From Octopus vulgaris (taxonomy: Eukaryota), in NCBI GenBank assembly GCA_951406725.2, contig OX597817.1:41726001-41790000 (forward strand): a stretch of DNA of 64,000 nucleotides, in the 5' to 3' direction. The translations under genes and the position numbers were made by a program. Of the stretch, positions 37,939 to 51,671 are shown piece by piece (within the stretch, counting starts at the first letter, position 1; every line of letters begins with the position of its first letter). The notes under the pieces are model-generated. The model saw only the letters and a program-made list of their open reading frames with translations. It did no database searches and had not been told where the DNA came from.

Positions 37939-40900
37939 TGTTGCTATGATGGTGGTTTGTAACCAAGTGGTGTCATTGAAACTAACATTGAATTTATTTG
38001 CTAACCTCTTTATCAATTGATCAATAGCAGTGAAGTAATCAATTACCTAATACACTACAGTTGTATAGAGGAACTACATTACTTTGGGCATAGCAAAGCA
38101 GTTCTTCGGCATGAAATGCATCCAGGTATTTCGTTCAGGCATTCATGTAGTTTGTTTCATTTAGAGAAATGACGAATGCAACTAATCTGGATGGGATGAC
38201 CAAAGATTTCAAGTTCTTCAGCCAACATTGCATGAATATTAGGAAGCAATTCATTGAGGTGCACAACATGAAGACCAGCTCAGATTTGTATAAGTTTACT
38301 TATTTCCAAGCCAAATATGGTTAGTGCTTGGCCAATTCAGGTTAAACAATGACAATAGCGAGCGGGTCACTGCTATTGCTATTATCCAAATACCAAACAG
38401 TGAGAGGTATTTATATACTTTTAATCCTTTTATTTATACCTAAAGAAAAGAGCAACAGTCTGAGCCAGTCTCTTTGTTCAAGTCCAGTTACAAAGAGTTC
38501 AATGTAGTCAGTATAGATTATAGCAGAAAAGATGTAAGCTTATCTCAACAATAGGTATATTGCTAGAATGATGACTTGTTGAATCAATACATTATGCATT
38601 CCTGTTGATTTCTCATCAAATTAAAATCAGTTTCCAGAGACCAGTAAGCACAAACAGTAAATATAATTAATTAGCTATAGACTTAATTTGCAAGGACAAA
38701 AATACAGTCAATCATGATAGAATAAATAATACGTATCTCGGTTATAATTAAACTACAATAAACAATTTTTCATAAAAAATTATAAAGAAAATTAAGTAAT
38801 TAGCATGATTGAGAATCAGAAGTCATTGGGGATGAAGAGGAGGAAATCAGTAAATTTTAAATAAGAAAACCAAGTTAGTCTTGAAATATAATGAACTGAA
38901 AACTTATAAATGAATAAACAAAATGTCTGAAAAATTTAACATTCAATGCAGAAAGGTTTCCTTCTAGTTTTTTCTTGTTTATGAATTATTTCTCTTACTA
39001 AATTAAAATGTCAAATATAATTCTTGGTAGGATTTAACCTTGATTAATTAAATCCTCCTGCCATTTAAATATCCAAAGACAATACCCCAAGACAACAGAA
39101 AAACTTTACATAATTCTAATGTTTGTTTTTAGATCTATTTTCTTAGATTCTCTTTGCTCGAAAGGGTTAACTTAAAAACTGTCATTTGCAAGTTCCCAAC
39201 AGTAGTTTTACTCACCAAATTTATTCCCAATTACTTTTTAATGCCCATACATTAACTTTTTTACTGAGTGCAGATAATGTATCAGAATTCTTTAATTTTT
39301 AAATACTATTTTCTTATGGAGATAAATATCAATTTCACACATATTACTCGACACTTCATTCATCACCACCTCGATGCAGATAAACACCGAGCTTCAGTAC
39401 AGTTTCCAACAATCATTGCACTCAAAGTTTTGGTTGTACCCAATTTGTCATGTAGTGGAATTGAACTCAGAACAGTCACCAAAGAAAACATCTCAAATAC
39501 ACTGACTTTATAACACAGAGTTTGATACTCTTTGTAATTTCTAACACCTAACTTTGAGCAGTAAAATACAGAGTCGATTATTTAACAGCCATGACTGCTG
39601 CACCATCCCCAATACAAAACCTCATCAGGCCTTTCATCCTCCCAAAAATCAATAAAATAACTATTTAAACTACACAGAAGTATTTAAAGATTCCCAGAGG
39701 AATGAGGAGGCTCATCTCCATTTTCAGATGCAAGTTAATGAATTGGAAGCTAAGGTGATCAGCCCAAATAGCATGAACATTATACATGAAGCATTCCATA
39801 ATCATTTCATTTCTGATCCTGCCTTTGTTGATATTTTAATTTTATGGCTCATATATTGCTTCCCAATAACAATATTCTTCCAATACCATCTAGCTGCTCT
39901 TCTAATGAAAACATGTAATAATACCTTGTCATCACCAAAATCATTAATCGGATCACCTAATAACAGAATTTTACAACTACCTCCAATCAACAAGTACAGC
40001 AGCAGGTGATGCTAGTGTTTGATGTGTTCTATTCATTGTGACAATGCCCTTGAAATGGTGGTTTATACTCCTCAGTACATCTGAAATACACCCACTGATT
40101 GCACTGTGTGCCCAGAAATTTAATCCCTACCACCCACTTATCTATGCTCTGTAAAGGTCACACTGCACTTTACAAAGAAGAAAGAAAGCAAAGCGATTCA
40201 ACACAATTCTTTTTTAAAATTCTTTCAAAGCAGAATCTACTAAAGACAACAATCACATTTCCTAAATAAATTATCATTTATTCATAGACTATTTATCATC
40301 TCCATCAGCAGATTAATGCACATATTCTAGAATTAATTGGATAGGTCCGTTATGATTTTGCAGCTAGAAGCCTAACAAACACCAATATTTCTATAACATA
40401 AAAAAAAAAAAAAAAGGAGAAAATGAACAGAGAAATTAGTTTCAGGAACTAACGATATTCCCTATTCTTCGTAATGTTTGGTTTAATAATTTCGGAAATT
40501 AATATTTGTATAATTTCTTTTAAAATATTTTCTTTAAATAACTACTGTAAATTAATTAATCATCTAAGCCTACAAGCAACCATGAATATTTTGCAATTAT
40601 TAGTTAGCACCATATTTGAAGGTGGTCAGCAAAATGAGTATTAAACAGCTTAACTATATAGACAGGATAAGAAGGAGACCCCATTTAGAATAATCAGGTT
40701 CAATTAATGTTATTTCATAATTGTCGTTAGCAAAAAAAGATTACGCATCTTGATACTAAATTGATACTACAGCTACTTGTCATTCTAAACCACACTCGTT
40801 CTCTCCATTGTAATCAAAGTAGGTGAAGAGAGGGAAAAGTGGAGCTGTTAGCTGTACAGTAATAAATAAGTACCTTCCTTTTATAATTTCGCTAAGCAAA

Positions 40901-41582
40901 CAAGCGTAGTTATGTAAGTAGCTTTTCTTTATGATATTATCAGAAAATAAAGCTTAGCAAACTGAACTTCATAAGCATCACTAGTCAAATTTTTTTTTTT
41001 TTAAACCATCTAGATCAAATTTCTATATAAACCTGGTTAAAATATATGAAAAAAATATAAAACATTTTCTCAAGTGCTATACTGAATAACTAAAAATGTG
41101 ACTAGGCTATAACAGTGTTTAACTGTCCTTCATAGGTACTCAAATGTGTGTGTTGTCAAATCCCAATTATTGTACTGAGCAATTAAATATCCATTAGAAC
41201 AGGTTTTAAGCTTTCATTGTGACCTTAAGTATTTACAATAGTCTAAAACAAACTAGCTTGCTATAGAGAAATTTCAAAGGCGGTATCTTCTAATTTAACC
41301 TAGTATTGCACAGGATAAATGTGAGTTTAAGCATCTGCACAGGATTATTTTACCAGCATACCTAACATTCATTTATACCTGTCAGAATATCTCCACCTTT
41401 AATATGAAAAAAAAAGATTAAGGCGTAACTGGCCGGGTATTCCATACATACTTGCACCCTTAATGTAATTTCTATAAAATACTTAGTGCAAATAACAAGA
41501 AACTAACATTGTTCTCTCTCCAACAAATATTATTCAAAAGAACATCTTAATACAGACCTTACAACTTTGAAAGCATTACTTT

Positions 41583-41935
41583 TGGCGTGGCTGTGTGGTA
41601 AGAAGTTTGCTTCCCAACCACATGGTTCTGGGTTCAGTTCCACTACATGGCACCTTGGGCAAGTGTCTACTACCACCTGAGGCCGACTGAAACCTTGTGA
41701 GAATTTGGTAGAAACTGAAAGAAGCTCATGATTATACTACTCACACGTGTGCGTCCCTTACCACTGCTTAGCTGGTATTGGTGGGATTACATGCTTATAA
41801 CTTAGTGGTTCCGCAAAAGAGACAAAAGTACCCAGGTTAGAAAAAAGTCCTGGGGGTCAGTTCAGTCGACTAAAAAATTCCAAAATGGTACCCCAGCATG
41901 GCTGCAGTCTAATGGCCAAAACAAGTCAAAAGTAA
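41583..41935 (+). mobile_element. Family A SINE
   Basis: GGCGTGGCTGTGTGGTAAGAAG...CCAGCATGGCTGCAGTC. Confidence 0.85.
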
Positions 41936-43499
41936 AAAAAATACTCATTGGTTTTTGGTACAGACACTGACTAAGAAAAAAAAGTCTGCTTCAATCATCA
42001 AGTCCAGGATTTGATCTCAAAGTTTGGCAACATGGGCAAGTGTTTAACCACAGCCTTAGGTCAACCCAAGGCTCATGACTGAAACTGGATATCTGAAAAC
42101 TGTACTAAAGCCCATTAGACAAATGGCTGTGTCACACTGTTTCTGCTTGAGGATTACGTTAAGGGTGGAAGTGTCAATGGAATACCCAGCCAGTTATGCT
42201 CTAATTCAATGAGTAAAGAGTCCAGCTGATTGAGCAACTAAAATAATCATCATCAGAAGATACATTTACATTAAACTTTTTTTCTTTTACTTAACTCAGT
42301 CGAGTTTCTCTAAAAGAGCAGAGAAAATTCATCAACAACCTTCAGATTCAATGGAATAAGAACGACCTAGACATAACAAAATATCTCCATTTTAACGTTA
42401 GCTCAAGACAGACACACATTTTGTGCTTGCATACAGAAAAACAGAAACTTATTAAGCTCTACGGTAAAATTTCCACTTATTTCTTATTTTTATTTTACTA
42501 AGCTCTAACTTCAGCAAAATAACCTCGCTCTTAATTTTCAAAATAAACACATGATTAAATATGAAAGCCGAATAAATACACCCATTCACACATGTAGGTC
42601 ACTGTCACAATTTTATTATCAGTCTAGTGATGTTTGTCATTATTATTAAAAACATTTTACACCAAAAATGATAGTAAGCCAAATATGTGAACAACAATAA
42701 TAAAAAGCAAACAAAGAAAAAATATCAAAGAACTTGTAAATATTTCTAGAGTGGATTTTTTTTTTTTTTTAATGTATTTCTTGATTCACTCAAATACATA
42801 AATCAACAAGCTTTTGTTGTTTTCAGAAATTCAAACATTCGGCAAACTTTGTACAGACTAGGTAAACACTGACAATAAAACACAAATACACACACACACA
42901 TACGCATAACCCAGTGAATACACATGTGCAGATTCATACAGATATTTCTGTATGCATCTGTACTTTCACACGTGTGTGAGCAGGCATGCAAGAATATAGT
43001 ATAGCCTATTCATAGGTATGCACACACAAGTGTGTATATATTCATGAATGCATCTGTGTATGTACTTGCAAACACAACAGTGCATGTGTGTACCCTCAGC
43101 AACATTATCAGTTATGTCTGTTTTCCCTTGCTACAATGAGTTGGCTATGCCCCCAAAACACAGCTCTAAATATCTGAACCCAAAAGACTTAAAGAAGCAG
43201 TATACTGTGTTGGCTTATTTTAAATACATTTGTTTCACTTCAGGTGAATATGTGCAACATCATGGACAAAAATCAAGTATATTTCTTACATATACCAACA
43301 CTAATTCCTTTCAAGTATTGATCATGCACAAGGCCTTCTCCACCTTATGGATTAAGCTTCCCTGAACAGGATCAAACAGCCACACACATGCTAGTCAAGT
43401 GTGCATACATGTATATGAATATGCACGTATGCTACATGTGTATTAGTGTATTATGTATGCATGTAATAACATCTCAAACAATCAATTTTTTTAATTTAC

Positions 43500-43572
43500 C
43501 TGTCTTTTGGATGAAACAATACAGTTTGTGTGGTATCCATATTTACAATACATTTTGCAGCCAGATCAACCT
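43500..43572 (-). CDS. Candidate 73-nt exon (xVDLAAKCIVNMDTTQTVLFHPKD), product unknown
   Basis: Strong acceptor TATTTTCTTTCTTTGCAG| and donor CAG|GTAAAT; one open frame; non-repetitive sequence. Confidence 0.35.
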
Positions 43573-45081
43573 CTGCAAAGAAAGAAAATATATTCATATA
43601 GTTTCTTGTAAAAGACAATGCAAAAGATAAAAAGGGTTTGACATATTTACAGAAAATAATCAATGCAAAATGAAGACATTTATCCGAGAACAACCTACAT
43701 GATGTTAGTATCAGTGCTACCTTACAATGCATTATTTTATAGTAGTATTCATATATAGGCTACATTGGATAATGTAGCCCTGAGTATGTGATTTGAAGGA
43801 AATTTGGCTGTTATTTCTAGCAAGTCAAGATTACTTTATTGAACAAATTATGTTCTGTTCACAAAGGGATTCAGCTCTTACACAGTAAATAATGCCTAAC
43901 ATTAACACAGGTGGAATTATGCAGAAAGTGGTTATTAAACTATGAAATTATTTAGTACAGTTTTGTTAAACATATCAGCTGACAGCATGAAACTTAGCAC
44001 TGCGACTATATAATTTTTAGTATAATGAAAATTCTAGAAAATTAAGGTTGATGGAGTTTTAGAATCAGTAAGGTCAACAATCAAGAATATTTTAGTCATG
44101 TCTTATTACATTCAAATCTCACTGAAATTAACTTTGCCATTTTTACTCCAGAGACCAATAAAAAACTAATACCAGTCAAACAATGAGGTTGATATAATTG
44201 GCTATATCCTCCCATAAAATTTGAGGAAACCTCATACCTATCAGAGAAGTCATTAAATTGCAGAAAATAATGTTTTCTCTGAAGCTTCTCTTCATTTGTT
44301 ACCACAATATACATTTACAGCCATGAACATTTACAGTCTAGACTAAAGTCATTTACTCTAACAATATAACTTTTGCATGCAAGAATTAGGATACTTGTGA
44401 ATTTTCCTGGATTGGCTAATAAAATTAATAAATAATGAGAAGATGAGAATAATAGAATATCTGTGATTCTATTTTGGCACCTCATTGTGCTGAAATATAG
44501 ATCTAGCCAAGGTCAAACTGCCTTCTATCATTTATGAGAGCAATAAAATAAAACAGTCAAAAACCATTAGTGAATTATATGATTAATACCTTGCTTCTTG
44601 AAGTTAAAATACTTTCATTTGATATCCATTTTTTCTGATCAGATTAATCAATTTTGTTCTTCGTTTTTATCTCTAGAAAGTTGTCTTCACTTTTTAGCCT
44701 ACTGTCTATAGAGTTCCAGAAATTATTCTGGCGAGAAAGTTTGGGACAGAAATACAACCAACATCTACATATAGATGAGCAATTCAATAGTGGAAACCTC
44801 TACAATTACTTGACTTGTTGAAAATGGCAGCCAAATTTCCCTCAAATCATATCCTACATCTTGTAAAAAGAAAGTGTTCATTGGAATGCAACCCTAAGTT
44901 CCCTTAAAATGTAAAGTTAGGGACAGCATGTCCCACTCAAGTAGACACCCATGGACAAATTAGGTTCTCTGCAATAGGTCAAAATCTAGAATGTCCAATT
45001 ATAGTTCTGCTAAAGCAGAGAAGAAGGGCTCAACAGCAGCAATAAATAGATGAAGTTAGTACTTCAATAATTATACTTTTA

Positions 45082-45237
45082 CGGAGATGTACTTGCATAG
45101 CGAGTCGAAGCTTTGTCAGTGAACAGGTCACGGTCTCAAAGCGACGAAAATAATTCGACAAATTAAATTTAAATGTTGAAGTGAATCTAACGGTTTTGTG
45201 TGTTTCTTAAATGGCTTATAAACACCTTCCACGCTGC
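45082..45237. mobile_element. 156-bp young insertion with 13-bp TSD
   Basis: AATTATACTTTTA at 45069-45081 and 45238-45250; CpG-rich body. Confidence 0.75.
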
Positions 45238-46061
45238 AATTATACTTTTATTTAATTTTTATTCCACGAATAAGCTTTAGGTAGCAGGGGAGCATCCCCA
45301 CCTAACTGTTTCCACATCTACTCCTTTCAGTGTCTCTCCTAAACTTAACATCTCAAAGAGAAACCGAGAGAAGCAATTGAAAAGAGAATAAAGGAGATAA
45401 ACAATAAACAGATGAAAAGTAATTAGATAAACAAATACTTGTGGATTAAACGTTCACAATACAAAACTATTTTGAAATGGTACAATTGAGTAGATTTCCA
45501 TGTATGTCAATTCAAAGTTATCCAAAGTTTGCAGCAGTGACGCTAAAATTCCAGTAAAGAGCTTCTATACAACAATGTCATACTAATCTAATAAAGTAAC
45601 AAGCTGCTGAATAATTCAAGTTGTCATTTAACATTGTTACTGTCACATTTTTTATAAATGGAGGAAATGCCATATTGCATGCCAGCAAGAAATACCTTAT
45701 TCAACATCTAAAAAACAAACAAAAAAATCCTTATACACACATGTATATATACAATCATAATATTACTAGTTATTGTATTTTACATTAAAATGGTACACTG
45801 GCAGAATTGTAAGAGCATTAGAAAAAATAAAAAATGCCTTGCAGTATTCATACTGACTTTTTATATTCAGAGTTCAAATCTTGCCAAGAGCAACTTCGTC
45901 TCATCTTTTTGAGAATGATTAAACAAAGTATCAGTCAACTATTGGAGCCAATTTAATGGATCATGTCTCTCCCCAAATTTCTGGCTCTAAGTTTCAGTAA
46001 CAATTATTATTTCAATATACTGCAAACAACCTAAAACCATTATGTGGCAAACATTGCTAAC

Positions 46062-46361
46062 ATTGTGGAGGCACATGGCCTCATGGTTAGAGCAGTGGAC
46101 TCATGGTCGAGGGATCACGGGTTGGAATCTCAGACCGGGCGATGTGTGTGTCTATGAGCAAAACACCTAAGCTCTACATGGCTCCGGCAGAAGGTAATGG
46201 TGAGCTTCTGCTGACTCTTTCGCCACAACTTTCTCTCATTCTTTCCTCCTGCATCTTGCAGCTCACTTGCAATGGACCAGCGTCCCATCCAGATGGGGAA
46301 CCTTTGCACCAAGGAAACCGGGAAACTGGCCCTTATGAGCTAGGAATGGCTCGAGAAGGGA
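46062..46361 (+). mobile_element. tRNA-derived SINE, family C (V-SINE-like segment), 14-bp TSD
   Basis: TSD CAAACATTGCTAAC at 46048-46061 and 46362-46375; head TGGCCTCATGGTTAGAGC..GGTTGGAATC; TGCAATGGACCAGCGTCCCATCCAG. Confidence 0.85.
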
Positions 46362-48238
46362 CAAACATTGCTAACGAAGTTAGCAAAACTAGAATATCAT
46401 AAATGTATGTGTATTTAAAATGCTGTATTCTTCAAGGGAAGAATCTTCAGGTTACCATAAATAAATAATGCACGCATATATATATTTATATAAGGCTTTT
46501 CTTTTTATTAAAGTCCTTTAAAATATTTTGCATTACTGTAATCAAGATGAGCATGAAAGAAAAACCAGGAATACTTATGGAAGACTATTACAAACACAAT
46601 AAAAACATTCTATTCAAGACAAAAAGCAAAGCTCAAAATATTTCAAAGAACACACACACTCACAATGTCTGAATATGAATATTTATTATGATCAAATTAA
46701 CATGTACAATTCCAGTCACACAATACAACTTCTATACTTTGGAAGCTTAATCAAAAGCAGAGAGAGAGAAAGAGAGAGAGGGTGATTTACCTTTTTACTA
46801 TTAAGTTATTCAATGTCAGAACTTACAATTTTACTTAAACCACCACCACCCACAAATACATAACAAAACAAAAAAAATAGCTTCTACATTTATATTCAAA
46901 TATTACCTTCTCGGTATTATATTAGATCATATCAAAGCTATAAAAAAAGAAATGCTAAGTATAGTCAGTCATACAGACCAATTCTACAAATCTAAAAGCC
47001 ATACTTCAGACATTTAACATTTAGGCTATCAAAGAAAAGCTATTCTCAGATATTAAAAAAAAAAACTTGCACAATAAAAAATTTCAAAATGGACAATTAA
47101 ATTTCCTGGGATCTGAATTGAAATTTTAGAAACTACTCTATTTTTAATATTTCTCAACTACAGTTTTTTGGTGGGGGTTTTTTTCCCTGGTTTTTAACTA
47201 TGCTTTCAGTTGTAACAATTACAGATTCAAGTAATGCAATATTATGCAAAAGCAATACACTTGAAAGACAAAATAGAATATTTGTGAATAATACAATGGT
47301 GATGTGAGCTGCTATTTTATTAAGTAAAAGAGAAATTTTGCAAAAATTATATTTCTGTAAATGCTTACAATTGATGACTTGTTAGATTTCCAGTTTTAAA
47401 AAGCCAACTAAGTACAGTCAAATGATAGGTGGAGAAGTGTATAAATACACCCATATTCTCCCAACACACACAGTCATTATATAAAATGCTACTGAAGTGG
47501 CATACTAAACGACTTCAATCTGTGCTGACTAAATGACTAATATCTGTTTACATCCCCTTTACATCCTGTGTTCACCAACTAAAGTAATCTTTACCGTTCA
47601 TCATTTGGCACTGATAAAACAAACCACCAACAACGTATAGAAGTCCATTCAGCTGATGATACAAATGTATGAACTCCCTACAAATCTTGGTTTTATGCCA
47701 ATGCAGAAATCATTATTAGCACTATTGTGGTACCAACAATTCATCTCTTAGTGCTAGATTCCTGGCAATAATATGTACCAATTCCAATCAAGTATTCACA
47801 CACTTGCAACTAATTCTCAGCTCAAACAACAGTTTATTTATTTCTCTGCATTGTTCGTCATTCTGTCAGAATATGAAGGTGTTATTTAGATGGTCAATGA
47901 CCTCAATCAACCAACATCATCATCATTGTTAAAATGTATGTTTGTCCATGCTGGTATGGCTTGGGTGAGTCAGTTATTCAACATATCAATATCCTGTCTT
48001 GTCCTCCTTTCTGCAAGGCCCAGCTCTTGAAAATCAAACCACACCACTTCTTTCCAAAGCCCTAGACTTCCACAAATACTCTCTCTAACTAGTGTGTTAT
48101 TTTTGTATGTAGCTATGCACACAAGTGAGAGAGCAAGTCCTTAAATACACAGAGCTTAGTATTTATTCTTTTAGAAATAAGAACTCACTCCATTGTTACA
48201 ACTTCTTGAAAAAACAAAGAATTATGAGGAATGAATAA

Positions 48239-48643
48239 CTAATAGTTTCTATTATAAGCACAAGGCCTGAAATTCTGAGGGAGGAGGATAGTCAATTACA
48301 TTGACCCCAATACTTAACTGGTACTTAATTTATCGACTCTGAAAGGATGAATGGCAAAGTCAACCTCAGCGGAATTTGAACTCAAAACATAGCGACAGGC
48401 GAAATACCTATTTCTTTACTACCCACAAGGGGCTAAACACAGAGAGGACAAACAAGGACAGACAAACGGATTAAGTCGATTATATTGACCCCAGTGCGTA
48501 ACTGGTACTTAATTTATCGACCCCGAAAGGATGAAAGACAAAGTTGAGCTCGGCAGAATTTGAACTCAGAACGTAGCGCCAGACGAAATAATGCTAAGCA
48601 TTTCGCCCGGCATGCTAACGATTCTGCCAGCTTGCTACCTTTG
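48239..48643 (-). mobile_element. Dimeric family B SINE with 15-bp TSD
   Basis: ATGAGGAATGAATAA at 48224-48238 and 48644-48658; ACTGGTACTTAATTTATCGAC..GAAAGGATGA occurs twice. Confidence 0.88.
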
Positions 48644-51446
48644 ATGAGGAATGAATAAATAATGTTACACACACACGCACACACACACGCACAAGCTCCA
48701 TAACATCAGATGAAATAGAATTTTAAGATTGCGCTAAGTGAGACAGTCACTACACAATAGCTCAAAAGGTAGTTGATGCTTTGACTATTTGAAGTAAAGA
48801 AAATTATCTCTCAAATATACAACCTAAAAACATAGAACATATGCCACAAGTTATTTCACAAGACATCCAGAGGTTTCAACAACTATTAACTTCATCAGCC
48901 ACTATTGCACTGAAGATAGTGATATTTACTATACAACAGTTGTTGACATCACACAGGTGGCTGCTTTGATCAACAAGAATGATCACAGGAAGGCAGTTAC
49001 TTGATATATCAATAAGAGAATAATGACCATCTTAGAAGGGCAGTGAAAATAGCTCAGAGAGCAAAATGCACATGAACCTGGGCAAAACAATCTTGATTCA
49101 TCTCAATGAGATTTAATCACCAACATGCACAAAATGTAAACAATATTGAAAAGGAAAAAAAATTTCCTTAATGGAAATGATAAAGACTTCCCAGATGGCA
49201 CACTGGTTAGCATATTTTCTTTGCTAATATGACATCTACTTTCACTTTAGAATAAAGAGAAAGAATGTGTGTATATATGTGTTATGTCTTCTCAGTCTAG
49301 AATTTATCCGTAACTAATGTCTCGATATCTTAATCTCATATTTCTTGTACACTGTATTTCCTTACCACCAATAAAGTTTCCATGGAGTTACTAAATCTGC
49401 TATAAACAGCAGCCAAACCTCTGTCAAACCACATCTTGCCGTCTTAGAAAAGGAAGGATGCATCGGATAATGCAGTCCGATATACTAACTGCCAAGACGG
49501 CCATGGCTGGAATGCCTTTGTGAAGACAAATCTGCACAGTCAAGGCTAATTAATCTTGTGGACTAAACAATATAAATAAAATTATCAACTGCTGAGATTT
49601 TATGTCAATATTCATTGGTACAAACTTCAATGTTTACATTTTATATATATATATATATATATAGTGTGTGTGTATTATATGAAGCAATAGTTATGAACCA
49701 TTGGACACTATCATCAATCAATTTCCATAACCAAGGGAGGCTCTAAGTTTACAGAAAGTTGCATCCCCCTCTCTATTTCCCCAATCATTAGTTACCTCAA
49801 ACTCCCCCCGTCTTCCTCCTCATTCATTCCTTGATGTTGACCAACCATCCTTGTTCATGCTCCCCCTATCCCTTCTCTACAAGAGTTTTGTCCACACATG
49901 GCTATATTTGCAACGTTGGATGTCATGATCAAATCAATGCATTTTCCACCTTTTAACAATTAACAGGAGTGTCATGATTCGATGCCTTCCCAATAATTTC
50001 TCTCCACGCCATATGTTCCAGCTTGGGCATATCAACTGTGTTGTCCCTGCGGCAGAGCCCATTAACGATTTGCTGCAGTTCATTAGGCACACAACAAATA
50101 GCCCCACTCCTTTTTAATGATTAGATTACAACTGATGTCCTTTATTTTGCAAAAGATAATCTAAAATATCTAATACAAAGAAAATATATGCATTGGAGTG
50201 TAAGACATATAAGTACAAACGTTTGCAAGCAGGTGCATGCAAGCAGGTGGGTGCAGGTGTGCAATGATGTGCACACGTAGGTATGTGTTCATATGTGTGC
50301 ATGCTGGTATGTGCATATACCTGTGTATGCATGTGCACATACAGAAGAGTATAGATATGTTACAGATGTGCAGGTATGCATTTGTGTATGCATGCCTCTT
50401 GTGTAGACTTGCAGTCATGTGTGAGTGAACCATATGTGCATAAAAGAGAGAGAGGAGTAGATTAAATGATTTTAAGCTCAGCTGCCACTATTAACCCTGC
50501 TACTACATCATCCCTTCTAAATATCCACTAAGACAACTTATTGATAATAGTATAAACTGAATGCATGTTAAGACTAGTGAAAGACTGAGCACCTGGCCAC
50601 AGAAAAACTGCCTCACTGAGTTTTGTCTGACCTATGCTAGCATGGAACAGTGGACATTAAAGCAATAATAATGATTTTGGATGAAACCAAGAAGGCATTA
50701 ATTTTTCATAAATTTTGGCAAACAAAGTATAAATTAGTTTTATTTCTAAAAAAAATTAAAATAGCTTAGACAAAATCTAAGGAATAAATTCCAGCCATTT
50801 AAAAGACTAGATAACATTTCTTTACACAGGTAAATTAAAAACCAGAAATCAAAAGCAATAAACAAAATGGACATTTTTTTTTTTGCTTTGTCAAATGAAA
50901 GATCTTCTCAATAATATATTTTATTTTTCTCTATCAGTAATGAAAGGTTAGAGACAAGTACTATGTGATACAGGAATATATCAGATCATTAAACTAAATT
51001 ACAGATTTTAAAGTAAGCATTTCCAATTGAAATTACTTCATATAAATACATTCACGTATGTGTGGAGTGTTATTACACACATAAACGTGTGTCTATGTGT
51101 GGTATTTATCAAATGCAGTATATATTTAAGCTGAAGTTTGAAATTTTAATTCCCAAATGTGTCTCGGTGAAACTACAAAAACTATGAAAGCTAATCACGA
51201 GTGGTCTGAATGTCTAAATGGAACAAGTAAACAAACAACAGAGATGGAAAAGGCAGCAATACAAAGAACAGTAAAAGCACCTACATATTCATTTTCGTTT
51301 TATAAAATAGTTGAAATCTTAACTGAATACTAATAATCTGATTGCAACTTTGCAAACTACAAAAAGAAAAAAAGTTTTTAAATACTTTTATATGTGTATC
51401 TTAGTGAAGATCTATATAAAGTAATCTGCCAATATATATTTTTTTA

Positions 51447-51660
51447 AGGCGGCAAGCTGGCAGAATTGTTGGCACACCAGGTGAAATGCTTAGCGGTAAT
51501 TCATCTGCTACTACGTTCCGAGTTCAAATTCCAACCTTTCAAGGTTGATTAAATAAGTACCAGTTATGCTATGCACTGGGGACGATGTAATCGACTTAAT
51601 CCCTTTGTCTGTCCTTGTTTGTCCAATCTATGTCTAGCCCCTTGTGAGGAATAAAGAAAT
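51447..51660 (+). mobile_element. Family B SINE
   Basis: AAGGCGGCAAGCTGGCAGAA...GAGTTCAAATTCC...GCCCCTTGTG. Confidence 0.85.
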
Positions 51661-51671
51661 ATACATTTTCC

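Noticed and set aside
39700-40090. Coding exon (ORF MLIGGSCKILLLGDPIND...)
   Set aside because: Stops interrupt the frames, no convincing donor and no recognisable family; probably an old transposon remnant
43225-43250. Plus-strand CAG|GTGAAT ratchet-like motif (also CAG|GTAAAT at ~50828)
   Set aside because: Weaker donors, on the strand opposite the best splice signals; reconsider if the host gene is on the plus strand
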